Assembly: GCA_965206745.1 (NCBI GenBank)
Contig: OZ242220.1
Location: 1,696,001-1,760,000, forward strand
Reading direction: 5' to 3'
Length of the DNA: 64,000 nucleotides
Origin: Nitrosopumilus sp.
Lineage (GTDB): Archaea > Thermoproteota > Nitrososphaeria > Nitrososphaerales > Nitrosopumilaceae
Both the position numbers and the translations under genes were made by a program. Of this stretch, positions 27,505 to 37,491 are shown piece by piece (positions within the stretch are counted from its first letter, which is position 1; every line of letters starts with the position of its first letter). Under the pieces are notes generated by a model that saw only the letters and a list, made by a program, of their open reading frames with translations, was not told where the DNA came from and ran no database searches.

Positions 27505-27620
27505 TTCTTCGTCATTGGCAATATCATGCTGCAGAGATTAAAAGGAGTTGTGTACAATTTACAGTTGTAACTTGTCCACAATGAATTTAAGCAACATTGA
27601 AGATTTTGTAACGTGAAGAT
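27505..27620. promoter_or_regulatory. Divergent promoter with 34-bp palindromic operator, copy 1
   Basis: TTGTGTACAATTTACAGTTGTAACTTGTCCACAA (27548-27581) between GATTAAAAG and TTTAAG boxes. Confidence 0.7.
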
Positions 27621-27623
27621 ACA

Positions 27624-28109
27624 TTGACTGAAGATTCCAGAGCATTTGCAGACATGCTAATTGACCACATGATGTCCAGAAAAAAGCATCACTACATCCA
27701 GGTGGTATCGGCACTAATCCTGTTTGTACTGACTTTCACATTTGTGGTGTTTCTGCTCACGCCGATACCCATATGGTGGGATCCGTTGTTTGACTTGAAG
27801 GATGATCAGAATTGGAGTCTGACTGAAAGGGTGGCCCCGTCGGAGACCACTGTGGCAAATTCCACTGTGACAAATTCCACTGCGGCAACTGGTTCTGCAG
27901 AGTATCCAGATGGTGACCCCAATGAATCAATGCAGTATGACGTGACAATCTATGTGTGGCTGCTTGTCCTGGCACCCTTTATGGTTGCAGCATATCTGCT
28001 GTATCTGGGCGTATCAGGGGTATTGTTTTACAAGAGATGGGATGAGAAATACCAGAAATACCTTGAAAAGACAAAATCCTTAGGGGCTGAACTTGACGAT
28101 GTCCTATAA
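27624..28109 (+). CDS. 2-TM membrane protein translationally coupled to a wHTH gene
   Basis: Two TM helices around an N-glycosylation-site-rich loop; TAATG overlap with the downstream gene. Confidence 0.75.
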   Translation: MTEDSRAFADMLIDHMMSRKKHHYIQVVSALILFVLTFTFVVFLLTPIPIWWDPLFDLKDDQNWSLTERVAPSETTVANSTVTNSTAATGSAEYPDGDPNESMQYDVTIYVWLLVLAPFMVAAYLLYLGVSGVLFYKRWDEKYQKYLEKTKSLGAELDDVL

Positions 28110-28370
28110 TGTGTAGGGACAAGGTCCTAGGTCATTACAGATATAATTACAAAGCTTGCAGAATCCGAATCAATAGTGAGGACAAACCTGCTCTCATTGT
28201 GCAATCTTAATGCAACAAGGGATCCAGTCAATACTGGACGAACTAGAGGAGAAGAATCCCATCAAAGAGTAATAACCCTAATGGCAAGAAAGCCATCATA
28301 AAACAGTCACACAAAAGGGAGACCACCGGAAGATATTGGCGCCATACGGGGCGTCATTCTCTAGATGGTA
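28109..28370 (+). pseudogene. Frameshifted copy of the wHTH regulator at 58008..58280
   Basis: Nucleotide homology (GGGACAAGGT...GAATCAATAGT.AGGACAAA.CTGCTCTCA...CAGTCAATACT...GCCATACGGG) with indels. Confidence 0.8.
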
Positions 28371-28488
28371 TCTGCCCTGCCTCAGATTCCCCAGGGGAAG
28401 GCAGGGTTTGGTGATTCAAAGTGGAATGACAAATCAGGGCACACACACTGTACAACTGCGGTGCAATGTCAGAAACTATTATACATAA

Positions 28489-28863
28489 ATGGCAGATACA
28501 GTAGGCATGGAAGTTTTTGACGGCAAAAAGGCCGCACAGGATTACATGTCAAAGCACACGCTGGCATTCTCCACCCCGGAGCTGACACTGATGAGGTTTG
28601 CGTTCTGGATGGGCGACTCGGTACCGGACCCAGACAACGACGGCAAGGGGATTCCAAGAATGATGACATACTTGATAGAGCAGGACTTTGAGCCCGTACT
28701 AGTAGATGACGAGACGTACGTCCCCTCAGGGGCGGTAAAAAGTTCGGCCACGGTAGGAAACGCGTTTAGCGAAAAGGTTCCAGACGGCAAGTTCTGTTCA
28801 GAGTGCGGCAACACCCTCTCAACTAGCGCAAAGTTCTGTCCCGAGTGTGGGACGACACAGTAA
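28489..28863 (+). CDS. Zinc-ribbon domain protein (conserved thaumarchaeal)
   Basis: KFCSECG...KFCPECGT. Confidence 0.9.
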   Translation: MADTVGMEVFDGKKAAQDYMSKHTLAFSTPELTLMRFAFWMGDSVPDPDNDGKGIPRMMTYLIEQDFEPVLVDDETYVPSGAVKSSATVGNAFSEKVPDGKFCSECGNTLSTSAKFCPECGTTQ

Positions 28864-28877
28864 AGAATAGTCTGATA

Positions 28878-29411
28878 TTACACCTTGGTTCCGCACTTTG
28901 TGCAAAACTTTGCATTCCCACGAAGTGGTGCGCCGCATGAGGAGCATCCGTTCTGCGGGGATACAGTCTGTCTTGGCACCAGTGCCGGATCAGGGGATGG
29001 CAGTGTTCCAACATCCCCGAATGACTCTTGTGCAGAGACAATTCCCGGCGGACCTCTGCCTACGGGATTCTCGGCAGTTCCGGTCCTTGGAGGCTGTCCC
29101 ATTCCGCCTGCCATCATTCCCGGCGGCATTCCAGGCTGCATGCCCTGCGGCATGCCAGAGGGGGGTGCGCCTGCAGGACCAGAAGCGATGGATTTTTTTA
29201 ATTCAAATATTACCTTGATTGCCAGAAACTCTAGTGCAGAGTATGCAACGGTATAGTCGCCGAGCTTTTGAAAGAACTCTTTGTCACTGATCTGGCCCTT
29301 TTTGTACATGTTGTTTGTGTCAAGAAACGACTCATAGTACCCCTGGGACTCGTCAAAGAGGCTCTGGAGCTTGTCAGAGAGCATGCCGAGCGTATCCACG
29401 TCAAATGACAT
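28878..29411 (-). CDS. Zinc-ribbon domain protein (conserved thaumarchaeal)
   Basis: CSSCG...KFCTKCGT; Pro/Gly/Met-rich linker. Confidence 0.9.
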   Translation of the reverse strand: MSFDVDTLGMLSDKLQSLFDESQGYYESFLDTNNMYKKGQISDKEFFQKLGDYTVAYSALEFLAIKVIFELKKSIASGPAGAPPSGMPQGMQPGMPPGMMAGGMGQPPRTGTAENPVGRGPPGIVSAQESFGDVGTLPSPDPALVPRQTVSPQNGCSSCGAPLRGNAKFCTKCGTKV

Positions 29412-29479
29412 GACCTAGCTTGGATTCTTGGAATATTAATTACTTTAGGATCAAAAAAGAGGAGAAACGTGTTTTGGGT

Positions 29480-29806
29480 TTATGCAAGTGCTCTGTCTAT
29501 CATGCTTCGGTATGATTCCTTGGATGCTGCACCCACCTGCTGGCTGACTATCTCGCCCTTCTTAAGGAGGATCAGGGTCGGGATGCTAAAGACATTGTAT
29601 TTTGATGCCAACTCGTTGGCCTCATCAACGTTGACCTTGACGAACTTTACCTTGCCGTCATAGTCAGTTGCCAGTTCTTCGACTACGGGACCTACCATCC
29701 TGCACGGACCGCACCATTCGGCCCAAAAGTCTACAAATACGGGAATCTCAGAATTTATCACATCGACTTCCCATGATTTTGCATCTGAAATTTGCGTAAC
29801 TGCCAT
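29480..29806 (-). CDS. trxA: Thioredoxin
   Basis: FVDFWAEWCGPCRM, SIPTL; start MAVTQISD. Confidence 0.97.
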   Translation of the reverse strand: MAVTQISDAKSWEVDVINSEIPVFVDFWAEWCGPCRMVGPVVEELATDYDGKVKFVKVNVDEANELASKYNVFSIPTLILLKKGEIVSQQVGAASKESYRSMIDRALA

Positions 29807-29921
29807 TATATGATCACTTTGCTGAACGTACCTAAAAATGTTCACCAGAATTAATGCCGCAATTTTTGCCGCAGGACTGATTCTGATATATACTTAAATG
29901 ACCTTTTGGTAAATCCTACGT

Positions 29922-30662
29922 ATGAGTTCTGAGCAAAGGCTTAAAAAATTAAGGGGCTCCGGCGGCTATGTCATGGCTACCGTAACTGATGAGCAGCAGA
30001 TGAAGGGGAACCTGGGAGGCCCCGACCTGTTCCTGGCGCCCATCGGAAGGCTCGATGCCAATACCATTACTAAACATTTTTGCAATACCTGTGAGAAGGA
30101 GTTTGAAGGCCCTCCAAAGATAGAGTTTGAGAATCCAAACGAGGAGGTCGCAGAGAACCTGATTCTTGCAGAGCGTGGACAGTACATCTGCAACTCGTGC
30201 AACGCATCAATAGCAGAGTACAGGGATTTCAAAAAGCAGGACGAGGCAGAGGCAGTCGGGGTTGCAAAGCCGCTGGAATCCCAGGGCGTGGCACCGCAGA
30301 AAGAGACAACACAGGGTGCAGCACCGCAGAAAGAGCAGGCAGCCAAACCCGATGCAGCAACGCAGCCAGGTCCTGCAACTTCTGTAACGTCAATTGAGGG
30401 CAAAGCCATATTTGATGAGAACGCAAACAAGATAGGCACTGCAAAGCAGGTTGGAATTGACTCTGCACAGTCAATGGTTCTGGTAATTACTAAAGAGGAC
30501 GGGACAGAGGGCAGCATACCATGGAGTAGCATCAAGAAGATCGGCCAGGTAGTTCTGCTCGGAGATCCCAAGGCAGCCACCAAGCAGGGAGAGTGTTCAG
30601 AGTGCGGGTTTGCAAACAAGGAGGGTTCAAAGTTCTGTGAAGAGTGCGGAACCAAGATCTGA
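29922..30662 (+). CDS. Zinc-ribbon plus PRC-barrel protein
   Basis: CNTC and CNSC motifs, PRC-barrel (GKAIFDENANKIG...IPWSSIKKIGQVVLL), C-terminal CSEC..CEEC. Confidence 0.9.
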   Translation: MSSEQRLKKLRGSGGYVMATVTDEQQMKGNLGGPDLFLAPIGRLDANTITKHFCNTCEKEFEGPPKIEFENPNEEVAENLILAERGQYICNSCNASIAEYRDFKKQDEAEAVGVAKPLESQGVAPQKETTQGAAPQKEQAAKPDAATQPGPATSVTSIEGKAIFDENANKIGTAKQVGIDSAQSMVLVITKEDGTEGSIPWSSIKKIGQVVLLGDPKAATKQGECSECGFANKEGSKFCEECGTKI

Positions 30663-30701
30663 TAGCAGGTTAGTTTGATCAATGACAGTGAGGCAAGATA
30701 G

Positions 30702-31385
30702 TTGGCAAGAACAATCCCCAAGGGAATAGTAAAAGACGTCATAATTGTCGGCATAGCGGTGCTTGTCATCTGGATTGGACTGCAGGTGGCATTTGGCACG
30801 CCAAACCCGTTCTATGTAGTTGTGAGCGGAAGCATGATTCCGGTTTTGGAGATATATGATGTACTGGTGGTTTCAGGGCACGTCTCCTTTGATGATATAG
30901 AGGTGGGGGACATCATCGTGTTTAACCGGCCATCTGATCACGACAGGGTGATCGTGCACAGGGTCGCATCAATTATTGACGATGATCCAAAGACGATTAG
31001 GACCAAGGGGGATGCAAATCCCGCATCTATTCCGGGAACGGACTTTCCCATAACAGAGGAGGAGTACATAGGGGAGGTCGTATATGCGATTCCGCAGGTC
31101 GGCTATATCACCCAGCTGATAAAGCCGCCGATCAACTATATCATAATTGCAATAGTCATCGGAATAATGGTGGCAAAGCAGTTTGTAAAGAAAAAGCCCT
31201 CATTGGAGGAGTCTGATACTGCAGATGAGCTAGCAGATATCGGCAAGATAGAGAAAGACTCAGAGTATGTCACGGAAGAAGACGACAAGGAGTCAGATGA
31301 CATTGCAAAGACTGCAGAGATTGATGAAAAGATGGAAGGGATAGACGAGTCGATCAGCAAGGATGCAGACGGGGATTCAAAGTAG
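30702..31385 (+). CDS. sec11: Signal peptidase I, archaeal Sec11 type
   Basis: VVSGSMIP, GDIIVF, IVHRV and TKGDAN. Confidence 0.93.
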   Translation: MARTIPKGIVKDVIIVGIAVLVIWIGLQVAFGTPNPFYVVVSGSMIPVLEIYDVLVVSGHVSFDDIEVGDIIVFNRPSDHDRVIVHRVASIIDDDPKTIRTKGDANPASIPGTDFPITEEEYIGEVVYAIPQVGYITQLIKPPINYIIIAIVIGIMVAKQFVKKKPSLEESDTADELADIGKIEKDSEYVTEEDDKESDDIAKTAEIDEKMEGIDESISKDADGDSK

Positions 31386-31501
31386 GATGTTTCATAACGG
31401 ATACAGAATTAGATTTGCAAGATAATTTGTTTTCTAGTTCAGGGGTTGCCTCTTTCAAGTATTGATTTTGTCAGATTATAATTCACATTATTAAAACTAG
31501 A

Positions 31502-31975
31502 CTAAGGAAACGACCCTATTATTTCCAAGATTTCACTGTGAATAGGTACTTTAATTTCAAAAGTTTGATGGTAAAGATTTCGATTTGGTAAATTTTCTAA
31601 CGAATAACCCGAATAATTATTATTGATAAGTATGGTAATAGTATAATTCTGTAAATGTTCCAACATATCAGATTGTTGCTCATTAATAGATAGGATAAAA
31701 TCCCGTAAATTTTCCTTATTCATTATTGGGAAATGACCATATGGAATATCTACAGTTAACTTGGCATTTGAATTTATATTTTGTAAATCAAAAAGAAGTG
31801 CGTATCCTGTGAAATAAATTTTCTTAACTTCACCATTATTGATTTTGTAGTTATAATCTAATTCTTCAGGATAATACATCTCATCTCTCCAATCTGCATA
31901 AGCCACTGGTACTGTAACAGTGATTAAAACTAAGATTGCACTGAAACCCAGGTATCTCAATAATTGTAAAATCAT
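31502..31975 (-). CDS. Secreted protein with thaumarchaeal Ig-like domain (type usually followed by PEFG-CTERM)
   Basis: Signal peptide; YKINNGEV...LTVDIP...EILEIIGS; no sorting tail. Confidence 0.6.
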   Translation of the reverse strand: MILQLLRYLGFSAILVLITVTVPVAYADWRDEMYYPEELDYNYKINNGEVKKIYFTGYALLFDLQNINSNAKLTVDIPYGHFPIMNKENLRDFILSINEQQSDMLEHLQNYTITILINNNYSGYSLENLPNRNLYHQTFEIKVPIHSEILEIIGSFP

Positions 31976-31995
31976 AAACCTGTCTTATAATACTA

Positions 31996-32142
31996 CACTG
32001 TTAAGTGGTGTCTTCATTCACCTGTACAATAGGTGAGGTTTTCAACTTTTCTTCATGTATGTTCCAGTCATCCCACATGTGGAGAGTACTGAAATCACTC
32101 TGACTTTACAGACGAGTGAAACATCCACTGAACTTAACAGTG
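31996..32142. mobile_element. 147-bp MITE (family B), full copy
   Basis: Perfect 11-bp TIR CACTGTTAAGT/ACTTAACAGTG; homologous to 5320-5469. Confidence 0.8.
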
Positions 32143-32161
32143 CAGTATTTTATACGATGTA

Positions 32162-33526
32162 TCAGTGAATTAATTCAGAATCAATTTTTACTAGTTTTTC
32201 CAAGCTCTTTTTACTACCAATATCTGCTCTATATTCCAAGGAACCATTTTTAGATGATACAACATGTATGTCAATTGCATTGTTTATGATTAATGAAGCC
32301 TTTTCTATACTATCAGAAATAACACTAAATGCACAAACTCGTGATTTTTTTAGGGTTTCATATTTGGATGGTCCTGTCTTGATACAAGATGCAAAAAATA
32401 TTTTTATACCCATATCATTAATTGCCTCTTCATCAATGGTAAAGGATGTTACCTCATTACTAGTATCTGGATATTCCTTTGCCACCAAATACTTTACAAC
32501 ACTTGCCTTTTTCACAAAAGAAACAACATCGTCAGATAGTGTCTTGTTCCAAAGATGAATTAATAGTTCTGAAAATGACCCTTCAAGAATGCTGAGTATG
32601 TTCAACCCTTCAGGATCACCAAAGCGACTATTCCACTCCATGAATTTTATGCCGTATTTTGTTTTAAAGAATCCACCATTAATAACACCATTGAAAAAAA
32701 GATTATTAGATTTCATCTCATCAATTATTTTCTGCATTATACACTGACAATCATCCAAGTCTTTATCAGTCATGAATGGAAGTTTCTTTTCAGAATTTGT
32801 AAAGCAACCCATACCACCAGTTCCTGCACCTAAATCATCTTCATCTCTAAAGGGATAATCGTAACTTGCAGGAGATACTACCAAGTTTTCACCATCAGTT
32901 ATTCCCATGATTGTAAATTCTATACCTTGTAATTTTTCTACCAACAGAACCTTTTCATCAGGATTTTTCTTTAGTAGATGAGATGCATAATTAAAACAAT
33001 CCTGATACGTCAATAGATGCTCAGGCATCACTTTGACACCTTTGCCTCCTGTGAGTCCCTGTGGCTTTACCACAATATCCAGTCCTTTTGATTCAAATGG
33101 AATCATTGCATTTTGCAACTCTTCAATGGTACTGATAACTTTGTAAAATGGTGTAAACTCTGGACAAACTTTTTGCATCATTTGGATGGAATATACCTTA
33201 TCCCATTCTATTCGTGTTGCCTCTTTTGTTCCTCCAATTGCTTTAAAGTTATTCTCAAGTAAAACATCTACAACACCATTAGCCAAAGGTTGGTCTGCAT
33301 TGACAAATGTATAATCTATGTTATTTTCTTTTGCAAATTGCAATACCACTTGAGGATCATCAGAATCTCCAACCAAATATTTTCCGCCAGATGATACAAC
33401 ACAGTCTACAATGAGTGGGTTTTTGTGTGAAATAATTGCATAAACTATACAATCTTTTGCCAGTCTAAAAGCAAAAGCACTTTCACGTCCTCCTCCCCCT
33501 ACAATGAGAAATTTCTTTTTCTCCAA
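32162..33526 (-). CDS. purD: Phosphoribosylamine-glycine ligase (GARS), AT-rich stand-alone copy
   Basis: LIVGGGGRE, VVKPQGLTGGKGV, GAGTGGMG, EWNSRFGDPE and YRADIG. Confidence 0.9.
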   Translation of the reverse strand: MEKKKFLIVGGGGRESAFAFRLAKDCIVYAIISHKNPLIVDCVVSSGGKYLVGDSDDPQVVLQFAKENNIDYTFVNADQPLANGVVDVLLENNFKAIGGTKEATRIEWDKVYSIQMMQKVCPEFTPFYKVISTIEELQNAMIPFESKGLDIVVKPQGLTGGKGVKVMPEHLLTYQDCFNYASHLLKKNPDEKVLLVEKLQGIEFTIMGITDGENLVVSPASYDYPFRDEDDLGAGTGGMGCFTNSEKKLPFMTDKDLDDCQCIMQKIIDEMKSNNLFFNGVINGGFFKTKYGIKFMEWNSRFGDPEGLNILSILEGSFSELLIHLWNKTLSDDVVSFVKKASVVKYLVAKEYPDTSNEVTSFTIDEEAINDMGIKIFFASCIKTGPSKYETLKKSRVCAFSVISDSIEKASLIINNAIDIHVVSSKNGSLEYRADIGSKKSLEKLVKIDSELIH

Positions 33527-33653
33527 TGAAATGTTTTGAGTATTGTGGGAAATAAACCTTCATGGAATATTTTTTTAATGCAACTCTAATGTTGACATTA
33601 GATATAATAAAAAATCATTAGAATTTTCTGATAAACTTCTTAAAGCGATTATT

Positions 33654-33700
33654 GGCTCTGGTCACAAATGGTGATCTGATCACCATATTTGACCAAAGCC
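33654..33700. repeat. 47-bp palindromic element (family A), best-preserved copy
   Basis: GGCTCTGGTCA-CAAAT-GGTGATC-T-GATCACC-ATATT-TGACCAAAGCC. Confidence 0.9.
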
Positions 33701-33711
33701 GGAACGCCTAA

Positions 33712-34007
33712 TCAACAAATCAAAGATCTAAACCACTCACAGAATAAATAACATAACTAGAAACAACATAGGCGGAAAAACATCAAAGTTATCGCAATTA
33801 GGATTATTCTAATTTTAGAAAGTTTTGTTAGTGTCAAAAAGACAGCAGACGCACCAAAAACATTAATTGGTACAAGTATAGACAAGAAGAAAACAATACT
33901 TCCTGCCCAAATATTAAGTGGTAATATTGACTCTACTAAAATATAAAAAATCCACGGTGATCCTAAAACACCAATCCAATTAATATCAGATGTATCTTAT
34001 GCAACAT
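33712..34007 (-). pseudogene. Frameshifted paralog of the membrane protein at 36528..36845
   Basis: MLHKIHLILIGLV, then a 1-bp deletion; PINVFGASAVFLTLTKLSKIRII is preserved. Confidence 0.7.
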
Positions 34008-34042
34008 TTTGTAATTTGTTTGTGTATAAATAAAGAGAGAAG

Positions 34043-34657
34043 TTACTTGGCCTCATCAAATACTGTATCTAATGATTTGCCAAACGGATGTTTTTCATTG
34101 TATGCCTTTTCTTCAATAACTTTGTACTTTCCAAACTTGCCTATTGCTGCAAAGTAGCTATCTTCATCTACTCCATTTGGACCTAGATCACTCTTACCAA
34201 TGTGCACGATAATTTTTTCACCAATTTCGAACTGAGGTTCAAAATTCAAAATATAGTGTTGACCATATAGATAATGTCCATGCAAATTAAATGTAAATTC
34301 ATCACCCTTGTCTAATTTCAGATGTGATTCTTCATTTTTGCTTTTTTTATCTACCTGAATTGTTACTGGTACATGACCCATGGCATGACCGGTTTCATGA
34401 TCCGTCCAATCCACGGGATCTCCAACAGACAACACGGTTCCAGACAGTGTTAGTACCACGCTATCCTTTGCATACTCTATATCTTCTACCATATAGGCTG
34501 AACCTTTAGCTATTGTAAGATTTGGATTTGCCTTTGTGATGTCTGATTGGGTGTAAACATATGCAGATTCTGGTGTTGCGGGTATTGCCAAAATAATCAC
34601 AGATATTGCTGCAATCAAAACACAGGTGACTAGTATTTTTTGTCTGCTCATTTCCAA
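34043..34657 (-). CDS. Anchored protein, single copy of the beta-rich domain seen in 26110..27105
   Basis: N-terminal TM; LSGTVLSV...VTIQVDK...FEIGEKIIVHI. Confidence 0.75.
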   Translation of the reverse strand: MEMSRQKILVTCVLIAAISVIILAIPATPESAYVYTQSDITKANPNLTIAKGSAYMVEDIEYAKDSVVLTLSGTVLSVGDPVDWTDHETGHAMGHVPVTIQVDKKSKNEESHLKLDKGDEFTFNLHGHYLYGQHYILNFEPQFEIGEKIIVHIGKSDLGPNGVDEDSYFAAIGKFGKYKVIEEKAYNEKHPFGKSLDTVFDEAK

Positions 34658-34719
34658 TATCCCCTAATGATACCAATCATTTATGTCCTCAGCTTGTCCA
34701 GGAATCATTGTATACAGAT

Positions 34720-34811
34720 GGGAGTTACATTGTAAAACAATGTACAGTTGATTAAAACCATGGTGTACAAATTACAGCTACAAATTGTACATAACGCTTT
34801 TAGTCTTCTGC
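34720..34811. promoter_or_regulatory. Divergent promoter with palindromic operator, copy 2 (inverted)
   Basis: TGGTGTACAAATTACAGCTACAAATTGTACATAA (34761-34794); the reverse complement aligns with 54443-54535. Confidence 0.7.
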
Positions 34812-34825
34812 CATAGATATTACTG

Positions 34826-35485
34826 TTGACTAATATTTCACGGTATGTGGCTCCAATATTATTCGGACTTGTAGGCCACTTGATTGTCTCAAATTCCCTT
34901 GTTTGTGATGACAAAAAGGCAGTTAGAAAAAGTTTCAGGTTGGCAATTGTTTCATCTGGTTTGTGGACCATGCTACTTGTAACATATTTAGTTCTCGCTT
35001 CAGGTGCTGATAGGATATATGATGATGATGGCTCGACTCATTTTATTCAAGTGTATGCTATGCCCTCCTACATAGAGGCAATAAACCGAGATACGCCTTA
35101 TGTCCCACCAAAACTTACAGAGCAGGATTTGATACCTGCAAAAATAAAGCAAGGGATGGGTTATATTTTGAATGCATCAAATGCACAAATAAACGATCAG
35201 ATGATTTTTGGTGCAGGCAACAGTTCAACTGGACTGGATGGTGTTCAAACCGCTCTATCTGGTTATATGACTAACATTTACATTCTGCATGAAGAATTTG
35301 ATCAGTATAGATCATGGGCAGATAAAAATTTGGTTTCAAAGGGAATTGACTATGATTCTAACCTTTATTATTTTGAGTATGATGGGGAGGTTTTTGAAAT
35401 GTTATTTATGAATAAAAAAGACATGAATATACAAAATAGTAATTATTCAGACACCCAATATCCTAATGCTATGTTGGTGCCATGA
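34826..35485 (+). CDS. Membrane-anchored protein, TPY.PP family (paralogs 51887 and 53821)
   Basis: TPYVPPKLTEQDL..KIKQG...EFDQYRSWAD.NL..KG...YYFEYDGE. Confidence 0.8.
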   Translation: MTNISRYVAPILFGLVGHLIVSNSLVCDDKKAVRKSFRLAIVSSGLWTMLLVTYLVLASGADRIYDDDGSTHFIQVYAMPSYIEAINRDTPYVPPKLTEQDLIPAKIKQGMGYILNASNAQINDQMIFGAGNSSTGLDGVQTALSGYMTNIYILHEEFDQYRSWADKNLVSKGIDYDSNLYYFEYDGEVFEMLFMNKKDMNIQNSNYSDTQYPNAMLVP

Positions 35486-36093
35486 TCATGTCTGACATAG
35501 TAGAACCAAGAAAGACACTAAGTTCTGTGTGGTATATGATGCCGCTTTTCTTTGGAGTCATCGGGGGTCTGATTGTATGGATGACCAAAAAGGATGACGA
35601 TCATGCAAAGGCCAAGAGAATGCTGGTGCTGGGAATAGTGATATCAATATTGTATGTGGCAATCATTGTATATTCACAAATAACATTTTATGACACTCAG
35701 ATGAGTACGCCACAATTCTTACAAGATGCAAACTATACAAAATATTGTGACACACATTTTTCACAACCTCCTACCAACTGCGTGGTAAAAGATCAACATG
35801 GTGTACCAATAACCGAGGATTCAGTAAATCGCATATCAGAGATTAAGGATTATTCTTGTTGGTATAGGTCTGATGATAACAATGAATATCTACCTTGTAA
35901 TATAGAGAGCTTGTCTTATCCAGCAGCTGTGATTATTCAGATACTTCTGGTCGTACCCACTCTCCTGTCTTATATCTCGTTCCAGGGCTTTCCTTATCTC
36001 TTGTTATTCATTACTGGAATTGCCAGATCTGAGATCATCCCATTGGATATAACATATCAATTTATCACGTGGGTTAATTCGATCATGCCTTAG
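35482..36093 (+). CDS. Membrane protein
   Basis: WYMMPLFFGVIGGLIVW..KDDD..KAK N-terminal TM pair, Cys-containing loop, C-terminal TM. Confidence 0.75.
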   Translation: MIMSDIVEPRKTLSSVWYMMPLFFGVIGGLIVWMTKKDDDHAKAKRMLVLGIVISILYVAIIVYSQITFYDTQMSTPQFLQDANYTKYCDTHFSQPPTNCVVKDQHGVPITEDSVNRISEIKDYSCWYRSDDNNEYLPCNIESLSYPAAVIIQILLVVPTLLSYISFQGFPYLLLFITGIARSEIIPLDITYQFITWVNSIMP

Positions 36094-36215
36094 ATGGCCA
36101 AAAGTTCGGATTACAGTTTCCAAACTGTCCAAAAAATCATCCTTTTCTAGAATTTGGATCTATGTGGAGAGTGATCATGTTAATGAATCACAACAAAGCA
36201 ATAGTCCTGATAAAT

Positions 36216-36262
36216 TATTCCAGTCAAATACGGTGATCAGATCACCGTTTGTACCCAGAGCT
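36216..36262. repeat. 47-bp palindromic element (family A), inverted
   Basis: CAGTCAAATACGGTGATCAGATCACCGTTTGTACCCAGAGCT. Confidence 0.8.
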
Positions 36263-36365
36263 CGTTTTTAATCATTGGGACTTTTCCAATATCTTAGATT
36301 ATTCCATTTTGATACAAAGAATCTATTTGGGATTATCTGCACCTGTCCAAAATATCACATAGTTT

Positions 36366-36452
36366 GCTTTGTTGCATGACTGCCTGTATCATCTTTCAGA
36401 TCTCCAGTTTGACAAAGTTAAATCAAAAAAGCTAAAGATCAATCATGGTTCA
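36366..36452 (+). mobile_element. Isolated terminal fragment of the IS903-like element
   Basis: GCTTTGTTGCATGACTGCCTGTATCATCTTT..GATCTCCAGT..AAATCAAAAAAGCTAAAGATCA is the reverse complement of about 62515-62604. Confidence 0.85.
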
Positions 36453-36527
36453 CCTCGTATTTCGCACTTAGATCCCAAAGACTTGAGAATGCCCATTATT
36501 CAAGTAATTTGTTTGGAATGAAAAATA

Positions 36528-36845
36528 TCAAAAGTATGCATTACTTGTAGAAATAAGAACGTAAATAAAAATAGTATAGGCTGAAAAAATAATTGCCGCA
36601 ATTATGATTATTCTAATTTTAGAGAATTTTGTCAGTGTCAAAAAGACAATAGATGCACCAAAAACATTGATTGGTATAAACAGGAGCCAGAAAGCAATCT
36701 CTACTGTATAGCCTATTGCATCATAACTTGGTGTATGTGTTGCACGATCCGTAATAGATGACCATATTGACCATGAGTATAAAATAATCCATGACGAGCC
36801 TAAAATCACCAATCCAATTAATATCCGATATATTTTATCCAGCAT
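36528..36845 (-). CDS. Small 3-TM membrane protein
   Basis: Start MLDKIYRILIGLV is supported by the paralog at 34007. Confidence 0.7.
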   Translation of the reverse strand: MLDKIYRILIGLVILGSSWIILYSWSIWSSITDRATHTPSYDAIGYTVEIAFWLLFIPINVFGASIVFLTLTKFSKIRIIIIAAIIFSAYTIFIYVLISTSNAYF

Positions 36846-36975
36846 TTTATGATTTGTTTGTATTGGAAACAAAAAAAGGTTATCAACAGCGTTATCTCTG
36901 TTGCATAATCTGGATATGGCATCTATACGATTCCACACGTTATAATTTGAGATGGCTCTACAATTACAGAACTGA

Positions 36976-37296
36976 ATGAGGGATTTGAATTCGAAGAAGA
37001 TCCGTATTTTAGGTCTCCCAAGATTACACAGAACCATCAGAAAGAATATTAAAAAAGAGACAAGTACAACAGATGATAGATGGTATGGTTTGGTTCAAAT
37101 GTCAATGAGCAATAATGAGGATAATTTTGATTTGGATAAAGAAAGTGTTAAAAAAATAATATTAAAAGAAGTCAGGATAGGTCAGGTATTCTATCCAAGT
37201 GACATAGCTAATGAATATAATTTAGATCTGGAAACAGTGATGGATGTAATCTCTGAATTAAAAGAATCTAAACAAATTACTGAAAATTCAAAATAA
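36976..37296 (+). CDS. Small HTH-like protein
   Basis: YPSDIANEYNLDLETVMDVISELKE HTH pattern. Confidence 0.55.
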   Translation: MRDLNSKKIRILGLPRLHRTIRKNIKKETSTTDDRWYGLVQMSMSNNEDNFDLDKESVKKIILKEVRIGQVFYPSDIANEYNLDLETVMDVISELKESKQITENSK

Positions 37297-37491
37297 CATG
37301 ACAGTTCATCATAACAAAAATGATCATGGTGAAAATATTGCATGTCAGTTCAGAAAAAAGAATAAGGAGCAACTAATACGTATGATAGGAGATCATATAA
37401 GAACAAGGATGATCTAGGGTCAGTGTATTCTTCGTATTGAATCTCTTGCCACCTTGATCCTCATGGTAAAACAATAGAATTAATTTGCACC

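Noticed and set aside
27102-27581. 159-aa and 148-aa opposing ORFs
   Set aside because: No recognisable motifs, and they overlap the conserved promoter. Probably a decayed gene remnant; not called.
29966-30799. 277-aa minus-strand ORF
   Set aside because: Antisense to the motif-bearing PRC-barrel/zinc-ribbon gene.
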